Assembly (NCBI GenBank): GCA_050084985.1
Contig: JBITNC010000001.1
Location: 60,388,001-60,452,000, forward strand
From: Nageia nagi
Taxonomy: Eukaryota; Plantae; Pinophyta
DNA: 64,000 nucleotides
Reading direction: 5' to 3'
Below are positions 13,872 to 27,809 of this stretch, piece after piece (within the stretch, counting starts at the first letter, position 1; the number at the start of each line of letters is the position of its first letter). Made by a program: the position numbers and the translations under genes. The notes under the pieces are model-generated. The model searched no databases. It had not been told where the DNA came from and saw nothing but the letters and a program-made list of their open reading frames with translations.

Positions 13872-15358
13872 CAATTTTGACAAACTACTTTTTTTAGGAT
13901 TAATTATAGTGGGAAAAAAAGAAGGAATTTTAGAGGAAGAGTTTTTAAACTTTTATGTGTGTTTGTTGCAAACAAAAAGGACATGTCGCCAAGTATTGTT
14001 GGATGACATGGGAGAAGATTAGGGAGAAGGAAAGAGGTAATGCTTCTACTATTGTTGCACATAGCAATCTTGGCATTAATGAATACTTGTTCAATACTTC
14101 ACTTTCATCGCAAGAGTGTGTTAACAAATTTGTTTTTGTCAAAGAAAAACTAGGACAACACATGGGTTCAAAACCCTCCTTTTAACAAAGTGGTCCTCGA
14201 TATCACACACTTGATTCTAGATGTGAAGTACCTGACCTTAATTGATAAATCACAAGAAAATGTAATTCATTCACCAATGATATGAGATGTTATCCACTGC
14301 ATTATGACATGAAAAACATCTAATTTACTAAACTAATTAAACACATATCTAATAAGTAAATTATTGCTCTTGATTTAATTCATATATCATTATTTTTTCC
14401 CTTCTTGATGAACCTCTCACCTATTTCTAAGGAGGGACCAATTAGCTCAAATGAGCTGGTGCTCCAACCTTTCAGAAGTTTTCTTGCCTCTTATCATTTT
14501 CTAAAGAGGGACCAATTAGCTCTAAAGAGTTGGTACTCCAATCTTAGTGGGATTTTAACTTATCGCTTAGTTTTGTCAAAATCCAGGTTGGTGTCCTATG
14601 GCTCTATGCAATAAAATCCCTATTCCAATCTTTGTGATTTCTAATTTAAATATGAAATGAACACTCTCAAATTCTGAAATAATAGCAAATTGAAATGAAA
14701 TGCAAGCAAACTTGAAATCAATCTAATCTATTATTTTGGTGCAGCTGCAAAAACCAGTAATCACAAACTTACTGAATGTTAAATGGAAAATACAATCACA
14801 TAGAACATATAATAGACAATATGCCCAACATCCATACACATAATAACAGTAAATACAACAGAACACTTACAAACCAACTAATAAAATAGGGCTGAATATA
14901 CCAGACAAGTGGGACCTTTCTTCTCCAGCAATTCCCTCAACTACACAAATTAATAGATCAAAACAACTTCAGTTTTATTGCATTGGTAATACTATCTTAT
15001 ACATAGATTAAAAAAATGGTTATTTGAAAATACGGTCTAGGGGTAAATACGTAAAAATGGTCAAAGTATGATGAATACAACAAAAATTTGCAGATTTTAA
15101 AATTCTGTAAATACAGAAAATTTGGCAAAAAAATGTAAAAAAAGGTAAAATACGAAAAAAGTTCATGACAAAAAAATTGGCAAATTTGGGAAAAAATGGG
15201 AAAAAATGTAAAATACGACAAGACAAGTACAATGGGGTTTTTATTCATGTTTTTTAGTTGTTTATACATCAAATATGACAAGTATGGTGGATACGACAAG
15301 TACAACCATTGTTTCTTCACATTTTCAAGGAGTATTCAATGTTTAAACTATCGCTTTT

Positions 15359-15849
15359 TGAAGGAATTAGATCTACACTAATCCTCAAGGTCCAAGACTA
15401 TAGGAAATTCAATCATTCAACATCTACAAGCTAATAACACCATTCACACAAGATAACACAAATATAATGTGGTTCCTCCCTCCTTGGGAGTACATCCACA
15501 ACTAGATCTCAATTCTCAATCTATGCACCCTCTTACAACAATTCTTTTCTCTCCTACACAAACTAGTAGAGTAATCTTACTCCAAAATCTTAGTTATTTT
15601 ACAAGAGGAGAGGCCTTCTATTTATAGCATGAGAGCACCTCCCTAACCTCCCTTTAACCCAAGGGTAAGGTTAGGGTTACAATAAATGTATTACCTAACT
15701 TTAACCTACCAACTAACCACATGGTAAGGTCAAAGTTTACATAATAAAGAATTCAATTAATCCCTTAAGGTATCTACATATCCTTTAAGTGATTAATTGA
15801 ATTTACAAGGAGTTTAGATATTCATAATATTTCATTACAAATTCTAACA
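15359..15849 (-). repeat. 3' LTR (491 bp)
   Basis: About 26 substitutions and one 2-bp indel versus the 5' LTR by manual count. TATA-like CTATAAATAG on the minus strand. Confidence 0.97.
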
Positions 15850-15860
15850 CTCCCTCTTAA
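15850..15860 (-). other. Copia polypurine tract
   Basis: Minus strand TTAAGAGGGAG abutting the LTR TG. Confidence 0.9.
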
Positions 15861-16326
15861 TGCAATATTGGGATAGAGCGTAGAAAAGAGAAGAGAGAGA
15901 GTTCTCCTCCATAGAGATACAAGTGGAGATGAGAACATTTACATATTTGAGAATCTTTTTGAGAACTAGTTTGAGACTCACTACATTACCATTTGACAAA
16001 ATGGTTTACAATACAATCATTAACCACAACTGGTTTCACTGTACATAGTATTCGATCAACTTTAAGTTGACATGTGAGTCTCCATGAGCTTGCTTACACA
16101 AGGTGAGTAACCTGCATTTCTGAAGAAGATCCTACATGCTACAAGCAACTCATGAACAAAATCAGTTAGATGCATCATATATTCACATAAGAGAATCAAA
16201 TAATGCCATCTTATAAATAATTGATCAATGGTGCACTATAAGTCATCACAGAGATGCCAAGCCATCACTCATAGTCACCTGTTATATATAAACATGTGTT
16301 GATTATTAATAGAGCATAAAAAATTA

Positions 16327-16780
16327 TACAACAAGTTTCTCACATAGAGAAAACTTACCACGGAGGTATAAAATGTACAAGAAGTTCCTCACATAGAGCG
16401 AACTTACCACGAAGGTATATCAATTATATGCTCAAAAAGTTGTACAACAAGTTTCTCACGCAGAGCAAACTTACCATGGAGGTATAAAATATACAACAAG
16501 TTTCTCATGCAAAGCAAACTTACCATGGAGATATAAAATGTACAACAAGTTTCTCATGCAGAGCAAACTTACCACGGAGGTATAAAATCTACAACAAGTT
16601 TCTCACGTAGAGCAAACTTACCACGGAGGTATAAAATGTACAACAAGTTTCTCATGCAGAGCAAACTTACCATGGAGATATAAAATGTACAACAAGTTTC
16701 TCATGCAGAGCAAACTTACCATGGAGGTATAAAATGTACAACAAGTTTCTCACGTAGAGCAAACTTACCATGGAGGTATA
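16327..16780. repeat. 49-bp tandem repeat (9 units) in the copia 3' UTR
   Basis: Unit ACAACAAGTTTCTCATGCAGAGCAAACTTACCATGGAGGTATAAAATGT, with one interruption at ~16420-16442. Confidence 0.95.
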
Positions 16781-16854
16781 TCATAATCAACACACACTAT
16801 ATAATAACAACAAAAGAGCCTCTTAGAGGTGAAGTTGTTATCACTAAAAAAAGT

Positions 16855-19800
16855 TCAAACTTCACTCTCCCTTGAGGGTAGCTTCACCAACCCGAGAGAA
16901 TCCCTAAGCTTGCTGAACTGAGCTTCAGGAAGGGGCTTGGTGAATAAATCAACGGATTTTTCAGTAGATGGACAATACTCTAAGTGTATGATGTCATCTA
17001 GAACCTTCTCCCTGATAAAATGGGCTTGGATGTTTACATGTTTGGTTCTCTGATGGAACACAGGATTTTTAGCAAAAGAGATAGTCGATTGATTATCTAA
17101 AGAAATAAGAGATGGACCATTTTGCTCATACCCAATTTCGTTCAGAAGATGCCTAAGCCAAATAGCTTCTTGGGCAGCAACACACATGGCTCGATATTTA
17201 GCTTCGGTGGTAGAAAGAGTCACAGTAGGTTGCTTCTTGGAAGCCCAAGAGATAGCACCTGAACCAATGCTGAACACATATGCAGAGGTTGATTTTCTAT
17301 CATCTCTATCTCCCCCATAATCAAAATCTAATAACCCAGAGAGAACAATCGAGGGCACTTTGGAATACTTAAGAGCAAGATCCTTTGTACCTGCCACATA
17401 CCTTAAGATTTGCTTAACAGCATTGAGGTGTTCAACATATGGTTTTTGCATGAATTGTGCCATTAGATTCACTGTAAAGGCAATATCAGGTCGAGAGATA
17501 GTCAGATACAGAAGACTACCAATCAATTGCCTATAAGCTGTAGCATCAACCAACTGAGAATCTGAGCTCAGAGATACAACGATTCCAGGAGAAACAGGTA
17601 TTGCAGCATATCTACACTCCTCCATTCCAAACTTTTGCAAGATGTCTGATATATACTTAGATTGACTAAGATAAGTACAATCTTTGTGTTGGTATACTTG
17701 CATCCCAAGATAGTAATCCAATAGACCTAGATCAGTCATTTCAAATGTTACCTTCAATTTGGATATGCACTCTTGGATGATTTCAATATTATTATCAGTT
17801 ATGAGAAGATCATCCACATAAAGGAGAATTAAGACCACGTCTTTTCCTTGATTGAGTACATAGAGATCTGAGTCAGAGAAGCACTTGGAAAAACTAATAT
17901 CTACAAAGAATCCTAAAATTTTCTTATACCATGCTCTAGGTGCTTGCTTAAGTCCATACAAAGATTTCTTTAGCTTGCACACAAAAGACTCTTTACCTTT
18001 GGAATAAATCCTTCTGGTTAATTCATGTATATTTCTACATCCAAGTCACCATTGAGAAATGCACTCTTGACATCAAGTTGAAAAACTTTCCATCTTTGAG
18101 CTACAGAAAGAGCAAGGATTATCCTGATAGTAGGCATCTTGTCCACAGGAGCAAAGGTTTCCTCATAATCAATACCATATTTCTGAGCGAATCCTTTGGC
18201 CACTAACCTTGCTTTGTATTTTTCAATTTCTCCATCAGAATTGTACTTGACCTTGTATATCCATTTATTTCCAATCACATTTTTCTCTTTGGGATAAGGA
18301 ACCAAATCTCAAGTTTTATTTTTCATGAGCACCTCATACTCAACTTTCATAGCTTCCATCCAACACTCTTGCTTGGAAGCTTCTTTGAAGGTTGATGGCT
18401 CATTTGTATTATCAATTTTGGTAAATAAAGATTTATTCAAGGTCATACTCCTTGTAATTCTTTGAGCTGGAGAATTTTGCTCTTGTGGTGACTTCCCTAC
18501 ATTATCATCCAACCAGTTAGGTGCAGGTGAAGAATCATCTAAATCAGACACTTCAGCATGAGAAGTTGTATCCTCAGGAAGTTCATTGAACTTGACATCC
18601 CTAGAAATAAAGACTATTTTATGGGATGAGGAGTAGAGCCTGTAACCTCTATGCTGATTATCATACCCCACAAAGATGCATTTTTCAGATCTTTTATCCA
18701 ACTTCTTTCTTTTCTCTGAGGTAATGAAGGCAAATGCATCACAACCGAAGACCCTAAAGTGTGAGATGTTAGGTTTCTTTCCTATCCATGCTTCATACGG
18801 AGTTTTACCTTCAACTGCTTTAGTAGGACACCTATTTAGGGTGTGAATAGCAGTGTGAATAGCTTCACCCCATAAGAAACTAGGAAGGTTACCCAACATG
18901 CATCTTGCCATTTCTATAATGGTTCGATTATTCCTTTCAACAACTCTATTTTGTTGAGAGGTGTAAGGGATTGTGAATTGCCGCTTGATCCCATGTTTAA
19001 CACAATAGTCGTTAAACTCATTGCTATTATACTCACCCCCATTATCAGATCTAAGCATCTTGATCTTAAAATCAGTTTGATTTTCAACAAGAGCCTTGAA
19101 GTCTTTAAACCTGTCAAAAGTTTGATCCTTGTGCTCAAGTAGATAACCAAATGTCATCCTGCTGAAGTCATCAATGAAGGTCAGAACATAAGAAGCTCCC
19201 CTAGAGACCTAGTCTGAAACGGACCCATCAAATCTGAATGCACAAGTTGAAGAGGATAAGTAGCCCGAGTTGCCTTATCTTTTTCAAACTTTTGCCTATT
19301 CATCTTTCCTAGAATGCACCTTTCACAGAGACCAATTGTGGGTGAAATATTAGGTAAACCTTCCACAAGTTCTTGATTTTTCATATCTTGAATACTCTTG
19401 TGGTTAAGGTGCCCTAATCGTTGATGCCAAAGATTACCCTTTGAACAAACATTTGCAGCAAGACACATCTTTGAAGGAACTTGATCCATAATATAAAGGT
19501 CATCCTTTACTGATCCTTTCATCAAGGTGGCAAGTCCTTTCTTAACACACCAGGAGTGTGAGGTAAACTCAAATGAGTATCCTTTCCTTGTAATTTGAAT
19601 TACGGAGATAAGATTCATTCTTAGTTTAGGCACATAAAAGACATTATCAAGAACCTTTCCATGAATCTTCACACTCCCTATTCCTTGAACATCAAGGACT
19701 GAATTATCACCTATAACAACTGCATCTTTTTGTTACTTATGAAAGTTTTCAAACTTATCTTTTTATAACACATGTGATTAGTGCATCCTGAATCAACAAT

Positions 19801-20769
19801 CCAATCATTTGAAATAGTTTGAGTCATTGAGTAGTAGGCAATAGTAGCAACATACTTGTTCTTCTTTTTATTATAGAAATTTTTCACATTTGCATTTCCC
19901 TTGCCTTTTAGAGCAAATTTCTTTTTACGAAAATCATACTCTTTATGCCTAAAGATGCCACAAAAGTTACAATTTCCATCAAACTTTTTCTGAGGTGTTG
20001 GATTGTTTGATCCAGCTTTGTCATTCCTTTGCATGAAGTTGCCATTATTATTATCCTTTTTCTCATACTTCCTGAAGGTAGATGAGGATTTGTTATCTTT
20101 GAATTTATAATGTTTGAACTTCTTCTTGAAAGGAGTTTTGGTTGCTCCTAGAGCAATGTTATTATCCTTTGGAGAAAAGTTTAACATTTTCTTATTCAAA
20201 GTTTCCTCATGCTTCAGAAGGAGTTTAGAAAGGTTATCAAGAGAGATGACATCTTCTTCATCATCCAGCCTAGTTTCCATAACCGTGATAAAGTTACTGA
20301 ACTTTGTAGAAAGGCTTTGAAGAATGATAAAGACCATGAACTCATCATTGATCCAATTGCATCCATAGCCAACCAGTTGTGTTCTGAGGTCAATGATTTT
20401 GGTCAAGTAAATAGAAGCACTTTCATCTTCACCTTGACGATATTGCAACAACTTTTGTAAAATAGTGAACCTCCTTGAAAATTTTGACCCAAGGTAAGTT
20501 TTCTTCAGCCTATCCCAAGCTTCCTTTACTGATGTTGAAGAAGAGATCATGAGAAGTACGTCATCTGAAACTGCACGATAAATTATTGAAGTTGCTAACT
20601 CATTCTTTGAGTTGTAGATTTTAAGAGCCTTCTCATCTGTAGGAGCGACCAAGTCTTCATTAACTGTCTGTCATAGCTTCCTTGCTTGTAACTCAGCTTT
20701 CATACGAGGTTTCCATATGTCGAAGTTGGAACCATCGAGTATATGCTTGGGTATGAAGGTTTCAACCAT
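16855..20769 (-). pseudogene. Copia gag-pol polyprotein, disrupted
   Basis: Gag start LDGSNFDIWK; degenerate Zn knuckle CNFCGIFRH; protease WIVDSGCTNHM; GAG-pre-integrase LWHQRLGH; integrase LVHSDLMGP and RSDNGGEY; RT KARLVAKGF, QLDVKSAFLNG, LYVDD; RNase H. Stops at 20671-20673 and 18309-18311, frameshifts near 19750, 19190 and 18005. Confidence 0.95.
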
Positions 20770-23700
20770 TGCTACACAAAAGTAAATAAGTAAGAAGAAT
20801 GAGAAAATTTCTATAATTTACCATCTACACAAATCAAACATTGATAAGTAAACATGTCTCACATGTGCAAACTTATAAACCAAGATCCGTAGAGGGATAA
20901 AGTTGAGGTTATTTTCTTGTATAGAATTAGGCCTTCACCTAAATGCCCGCAGAGTGGAGCCCAAGTACTACCAATCCTCAACCAGTTCACCTTGGTTAGT
21001 AATATACTCTCTCAAGGAGAAGTACCAACTATTTTCCAAGGATCTGACGTATCTTGGATCGACCATTTTAATTATCTTGTTTAAGGTTTTCAAGTTTTCC
21101 TCCTAGGTTATCAGGATAATCCCTGAATGGACGTGTGGACATGTGGTATCACTACACACATGTCTGTCCACCTAATAGAGTTATGTCCAATCCAACAGAG
21201 GTCTTAGGGGTAATTAAGATGGATTTACCACCATTTGGTTCTTCGGACTAAAAAGGCTCCAGTTTGCCATGTCCTCACCTCGTGGCTCCCCAAACAAGTC
21301 ATGTTGTGGAAAAGTACGTACGAATGTGTTCATTTTTAGGGGTTACTTACTTTCAATATTTTGCATTTTGCAAGTATAAAGCAATTATGCAAAAATATAA
21401 AGTAAAGTATTAAAAATACATCATCCACACGAACTTGAAATATAAGAGTCCAATGGGTTTTGTACTAACCCCTAAAGGACATTTTTACATTTTACATACT
21501 TGCTCAAGTTCATAAATTCATTCAACACTTTAATGAATTTAAAAAAAAAGGCTAAGTCCTACTTAGCATTAATCCATAACTTAAAAAAGTAAGTAATAAA
21601 CATGCATCATTTAAAAAATGCATTATTTAACTTAAAAATTTTTAAGTACTAAGCATGCTTTATTCCTACACAAGAGTAAGAGGTATGCATTACAAATTTA
21701 GCATGCAAGATCTAGATAAAGTTTTAAGTAAAAAAACTATACAAATTCCCTCCTTTTTTACTTAAAGTTTTATCCCTAAAACTTGTATGCTAAAAATTGT
21801 CTTTTAAGTATGCATTTAAATTTTAAGTAAAAAATTTCCCTTGTTTACTTAAAAAATAGCATAGGTTTCCCTTACTTAGGTAAAAAAATCCCTTAAAGTG
21901 TTAATGTTACACTAATATTTATCATTTTACCTAAGTAAATTGACAAACTTAAAAGTATTTAAGGCAAATAAAAAATATACTCTTAAAGAATTAACTTTAT
22001 TTTCCACATTTTTCAAAAAAATTGGATAGCATTGAAGAGTAATGATGTATCTACTTACTTTAAAGTATTATAGTCATCATGACAATGCTTAAAGTTGGAG
22101 TATAAGTACTTCTAAGTGCATTTAATAGGAACAAATGACTTATAAGCAAGCAAAAATTATTAAATGTCTACCAAAAAGTATACGTTTGCTTCTTGCAAGT
22201 ATTAATGAAAAAAAAGGAGACCTATGCTTAGGTAATGCTACTTTTACCTCAAGCACTCCAAGTAAACAAAAAAATACTCCAAGTCAAAAGAAAATAAATG
22301 CTTTTAGGTAAAAAAAATGATGGCTACCCTTCCCTTACCAAGAAGGAGTAAGCGTTGCTTTGCATGTGCATGCAAGTAGTAACAAAAAATTAAATGCTCA
22401 AAGAAGAGTAGACGGCGAGGAAGGAGAGAGAAGGCGCAGCCAGTGAGGGAGGAGGGGGAAGGCGCAGAGATTCGACGCATGAATTGTTTGACAAGATGCT
22501 TGATATCATCTGCCTCCATGCTTTTGTATGACAAATTCACAGGTTCTGACGAGCTTTGAAAGGTAGATAGCAAATGCAAATTGTCTGACACCATAGAAAT
22601 ATCTGCATATGTCTGTGATTTTCCATGAAGCCAACTCCTTGGGTTCCATTTTTCGAACATTACCAGCGACCTTGGAAAGAAAAAACAAAGATCAAATCCC
22701 TCCAACGTTTGTTTCTCTCTGAATTTTCAACCGCTAACTTAACTTAAATTCTAGATATTACAACCTCAGACATGTTATTATCGAGGGCCTATTTAATATG
22801 TCAAGTGAAATATTATCTAGTGGTCTTTGTGGAACAAGTGATGTGGGCAGAGCTTTTGTGCACCAAAACAAGTGCGCAAGTTGTTTATCAAATGTGGGCA
22901 GAGCTTTTGTGCATTTAGGGGCTCTTCCTTTAGGTATTGGTTCCAGCAATTTATAGCATTACGGAATAGATAAATTACGCAGAAAATTCAGACCGCATGA
23001 AATCTGGGAACCAATTACATTCACACACAGGCATGGTTTTGAACTTCTGATGTCTTAGTTTATGTATAGTCCTACCCAGAAGTTCATTCGAAGATAAATA
23101 AATGGACCAGAGTCTTCTTTTCAGCTAGTCCTTGTAGTTATCTTCAATGAACTTGCGAAAGTTGTACAAGAAGATGAAGTTTGCGAGGGAGGAGAGTGAC
23201 GGGGACGGGAAGCTTCTGGCAGGAGCTTGTCCTCATGGCATGGAGTGACTTTCTTATCAGTTGTCGTATATTCCAACATGAACGTCACAGAACAAAATCC
23301 GAGGTTGATGGCCTGCATGATGACCTACCTAACCTGGAGAGACTTGATAAATTCGATGGCGTCGCCTATCATCCCCATTTTTTTTCTTATTTAGTTTTCC
23401 TATGTTTAATTTGCAGTGGATGATGCGGATTTTACACAAATGCAACAGTCATATGAGCAGAGAACAAAATTAGACAAAGATGAGACAACAGGAGATGTTG
23501 AAGCTACTAGGCGCACGTGTGTACACTAGGGGAATTGGGGTGCGGTCGATGCAGATAAAGGGAGTGTGCCACCATTGCAATCCATAAGACTGCATTTCGA
23601 CGAGGCATTCTGTCAAACAGTTCGCAGACCCTTTCAACGTATCCATCTTGTGCGTACAGTTATCCATACAATGCCATGATAATAGATCTTGCAAACTGAA

Positions 23701-24315
23701 AAAGCAAAGTCACAAAATGCCACGAACTGGAGAGCCAAATGTCCAAATTTGAAATTGACAGCCAAATGTCTAGATTTGATTGCCAATTGAGCATAGCTAC
23801 AAAGGACGGAGTAGAATGAGGATGGGAATCAATCCAAAGCTCAGAAGATGGAGGGGGAGAGGGCATTAGCTCAAAGACAATTCCCCTCAGATTTGATGAA
23901 ACAAATCTAACAGCAAACCTAAGAGAGGTCCTACCAAATTTTTAAAAAAATATTATTAATCAATGCTACTAACAAACAAAATGTTAGTAAAAATATTTGC
24001 ATTACATAGTATCCTCTTAAAAGGTATATCATGTATTAAGCATTTTGTAAAAAAAAAATGCTACTAACATAAGAGGTTAGTATAGGAAAAAAAATTGCTT
24101 GCATTGCCATTTTGATCATATTTTGCAAAAAAAAATAAGCGCCAATATCTCATAAAATATGTTAGTATCTAATGCAATAATCCATAAGATAACCAAAGGA
24201 GGAGGGAATTTATACTTTCTCTTAGTTTTACCTCACCAATGGGGTGTAAGATGAGGAATGAAGAAGGATCACTAAGATGTAGCTTCCACACCAAGAAGAA
24301 GAGCTTTCACACTAA

Positions 24316-24327
24316 GCTCTGATACCA
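24316..24327 (-). other. Primer binding site (tRNA-iMet)
   Basis: Minus strand TGGTATCAGAGC, 2 nt after the 5' LTR. Confidence 0.95.
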
Positions 24328-24329
24328 AT

Positions 24330-24818
24330 TGAAGGAATTAGCTCTACACTAATCTTCAAGGTCCAAGACTAGGAAACATATTCATTCAACATCTACAAGC
24401 TAATAACATCATTCACATGAGATAACACCAATATAATGTGGTTCCTCCCTCCTTGAGAGTACATCCACAACTAGATCTCAATTCTCAAACTATGCACCTT
24501 CTTACAACAATTCCTTTCTCTCCTACACAAACTAGTAGAGTAATCTTATTCCAAAATCTTGATTATGTTACAAGAGGAGAGGCCCTCTATTTATAGCATG
24601 AGAGCACCTCCCTAACCTCCCTTTAACCCAAGGGTAAAGTTAGGGTTACAATAAATGTATTACCTAACTTTAACCTACTAACTAACTACATGGTAAAGTC
24701 AAAGTTTACATAATAAAGAATTCAATTAATCCCTTAAGGTATTTACATATCCTTTAAATGATTAATTGAATTTACAAGGAGTTTAGATATTCACAATATT
24801 TCATTACAAATTCTAACA
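24330..24818 (-). repeat. 5' LTR (489 bp)
   Basis: Direct repeat of 15359-15849 with TG/CA ends. Confidence 0.97.
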
Positions 24819-26384
24819 CTTTTTGCTAAGCAAAAAAGACATTTTTGACATTTTTATAAGAAAATACAATTTTTTTCAAAAAAAAACAAAAAATAAATTT
24901 TTAACATTTAAACGACATTTTTTAATTCTATGTTCTTACATATGCTCTCCAAAAGAACTATTAAAAGACTTGCTAATCTCTAAAACAATCTATGCTATGT
25001 CCTAGTTCCTGTTACAATTGCTCTCATTCTTCTCCTATATGAGAAGAGTATTTCTTTTTCAACAACTATACCCTAAAACCATTCTTAACCGTCTATTTTT
25101 GGAAAAACAGATAAAAATGATAATACACTATTAAAAATCAGCTCAGATAGTTGATGCTATAGCCTTTATTTTTAGCTTGAATTTGTCTCTGCCATCTAGG
25201 TACCTTGAATCTATGAAGGCCGTATTATTTTATTTGACTGTCCAAATAGAGGAGAAACACATTCCTGAAATTCTGGATTGTTTTCGTGGCTGCATTGTGT
25301 GATCTTCAGATCTGGTTGTTATCTCCCCTTCAAACCCCTTGTTGTATATAGAAGTTGTTATGGTCTGCTGCCCTGCTCCAAACTTCCATGCGTGTGATGC
25401 TCCACGATCTCAGACACAAATCCTGATAATTGAGCGGACAAGGTGCTTTACTTCCACTAAATCTACGTGTGAAGATCTTCCCAAAACTTATTATCTTTTG
25501 TGAACCCTAGAGTCATGAGAAGTCTCCAAGCCCTAGCATGTGGGTAGTAATCCTTAACATATATAAAATGTGATAAGTCCTTGGACACTTATGAGCTGAT
25601 GTTTCCTTAGTGATCCTCTTTAATATATTGCGCTGGAAATTCCTTAGTGTTCTTTCTTTTGAACGGTGCGTTGAAGTCTCCTTCATACGTTACTCTCTAG
25701 AACGATGCGTTGAGGTTTCCTAGCGCATCCACTTTAGAACAATGTGTTGAGGTTTCCCTATGTACACATCTTCGGGCATTCACATCTACATCATTTGACA
25801 AAAATCTGCTTTTTCTCCATTCCAATCTCTTGCAGCTGACGTGCAAACTCTAGATACCAGAGTGCGTTTCCATTTGTTGGCCTTTCAATACCTTTCTCAG
25901 CAAGGCATTTCTTAGCAGCTTCTTAAGGGATTCGAAATTAATTTCACCTTTCAAATGAGGATTTATGATTTGTTCCAGTATTCCCTTTCTCTGCTGATGC
26001 AAATCCATTCGGCCAGTCTTACCTTGTTATCTATGATATTTAGATCAACAATTTGGCCAAGCAACCTCTGTTTTTTTTATGATTCTAAATCATCAGTTTC
26101 TTTTGAAGAATGTTTTGCATCTCCACAATCCTCCCCTGAGATTCTCGTTAAACTTATCACCTTTTCAAAATCTTCAAGTCAATAAGGAGAAAGCTTTCTG
26201 AGAGAAGCTGTTACAGCATACTTGGATTCAACATCTTCATCAGTGACATCTTTTACTTCACTGCTTTCCCATTCTTCTTCATGGCTTGCATTGTGTTCAT
26301 CATCCACCTCTGATTGCAATGAACACTCTTCACCAGTTTCATCAGCGGTACTGCTCGGATGCACTTCCTTTACTACAATCACTA

Positions 26385-26909
<525 letters not shown>

Positions 26910-27059
26910 TTACCTCCCATAGTACCAATCTTCGTGAAAACTCATATCAGAACTATCTTTGTGGACAGTAAGACTGTTTCTAGCTTTTTTCTTTCAGAAA
27001 GCATCTCCTGAATCTCAAACCACTCTCACTGACCTTTTTCCCCCAAGCTAGCATGATCA

Positions 27060-27155
<96 letters not shown>

Positions 27156-27197
27156 TCAGCATCTCATTATTCTTTAGGATAGAGCAAATTCCATTCA

Positions 27198-27359
<162 letters not shown>

Positions 27360-27809
27360 TCATAGCAATCCCCCTCAAACATAAATTATCTTTTTCTTGA
27401 CTCTCAGCACAGTAATTACAATGTCATCCTGTGCATAGATGACTACCTAAACAAGAATAATCAAAAGCAGTCCATATCTGATGTGTAGATGAAATGTGCC
27501 TGCAAGTTTTTATGACTTATCAATAGAGATGAGAATCGTGCTTCTGCATCAGTAATTTTTTAGTATATAGAAATTCCTCTCCCATATCTATAGATGAACT
27601 CAGGTGCTCATCCCATAATCTGTCAAAGTGCTTATAATAGAAACATTTTCACTTGCTCAGACTTCTGTTTTTTTACTATTAATTGCACACTTGGCAAATG
27701 TTGCAGAGATATTGCCATCCAACTCCTGTGATGGAGTGATGACACTTGAATCCACCCCACTTGAAGGCTTTTCTTTTGTCATGTGCCTTTTTTGCACTTA
27801 TGCTTTTTT

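Larger units (their letters stand above)
15359..24818 (-). mobile_element. Full-length, non-functional Ty1/copia LTR retrotransposon
   Basis: Two TG...CA LTRs (15359-15849, 24330-24818), 5-bp TSD CTTTT (15354-15358, 24819-24823), tRNA-iMet PBS, PPT, and gag-PR-IN-RT-RH order. Confidence 0.97.
15002..24932. mobile_element. hAT-type MITE (~470 bp) split by the copia insertion (parts 15002-15358 and 24819-24932)
   Basis: CATAG...CTATG termini and a degenerate 8-bp TSD (ATCTTATA/TTCTTACA). The joined halves are collinear with the intact copy at 40437-40915. Confidence 0.75.

Noticed and set aside
13955-14185. CCHC zinc knuckle CVCCKQKGHVAKYC as a gene
   Set aside because: Isolated short ORF with no supporting domains; at most a TE gag relic.
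14997-15381. Phe/Lys-rich short ORFs here and at 40415-40813
   Set aside because: Artefacts of the A/T-run composition of the MITEs.
16327-16780. CRISPR-like array
   Set aside because: Units are contiguous 49-bp tandem copies without unique spacers, inside a plant retroelement, with no cas genes.
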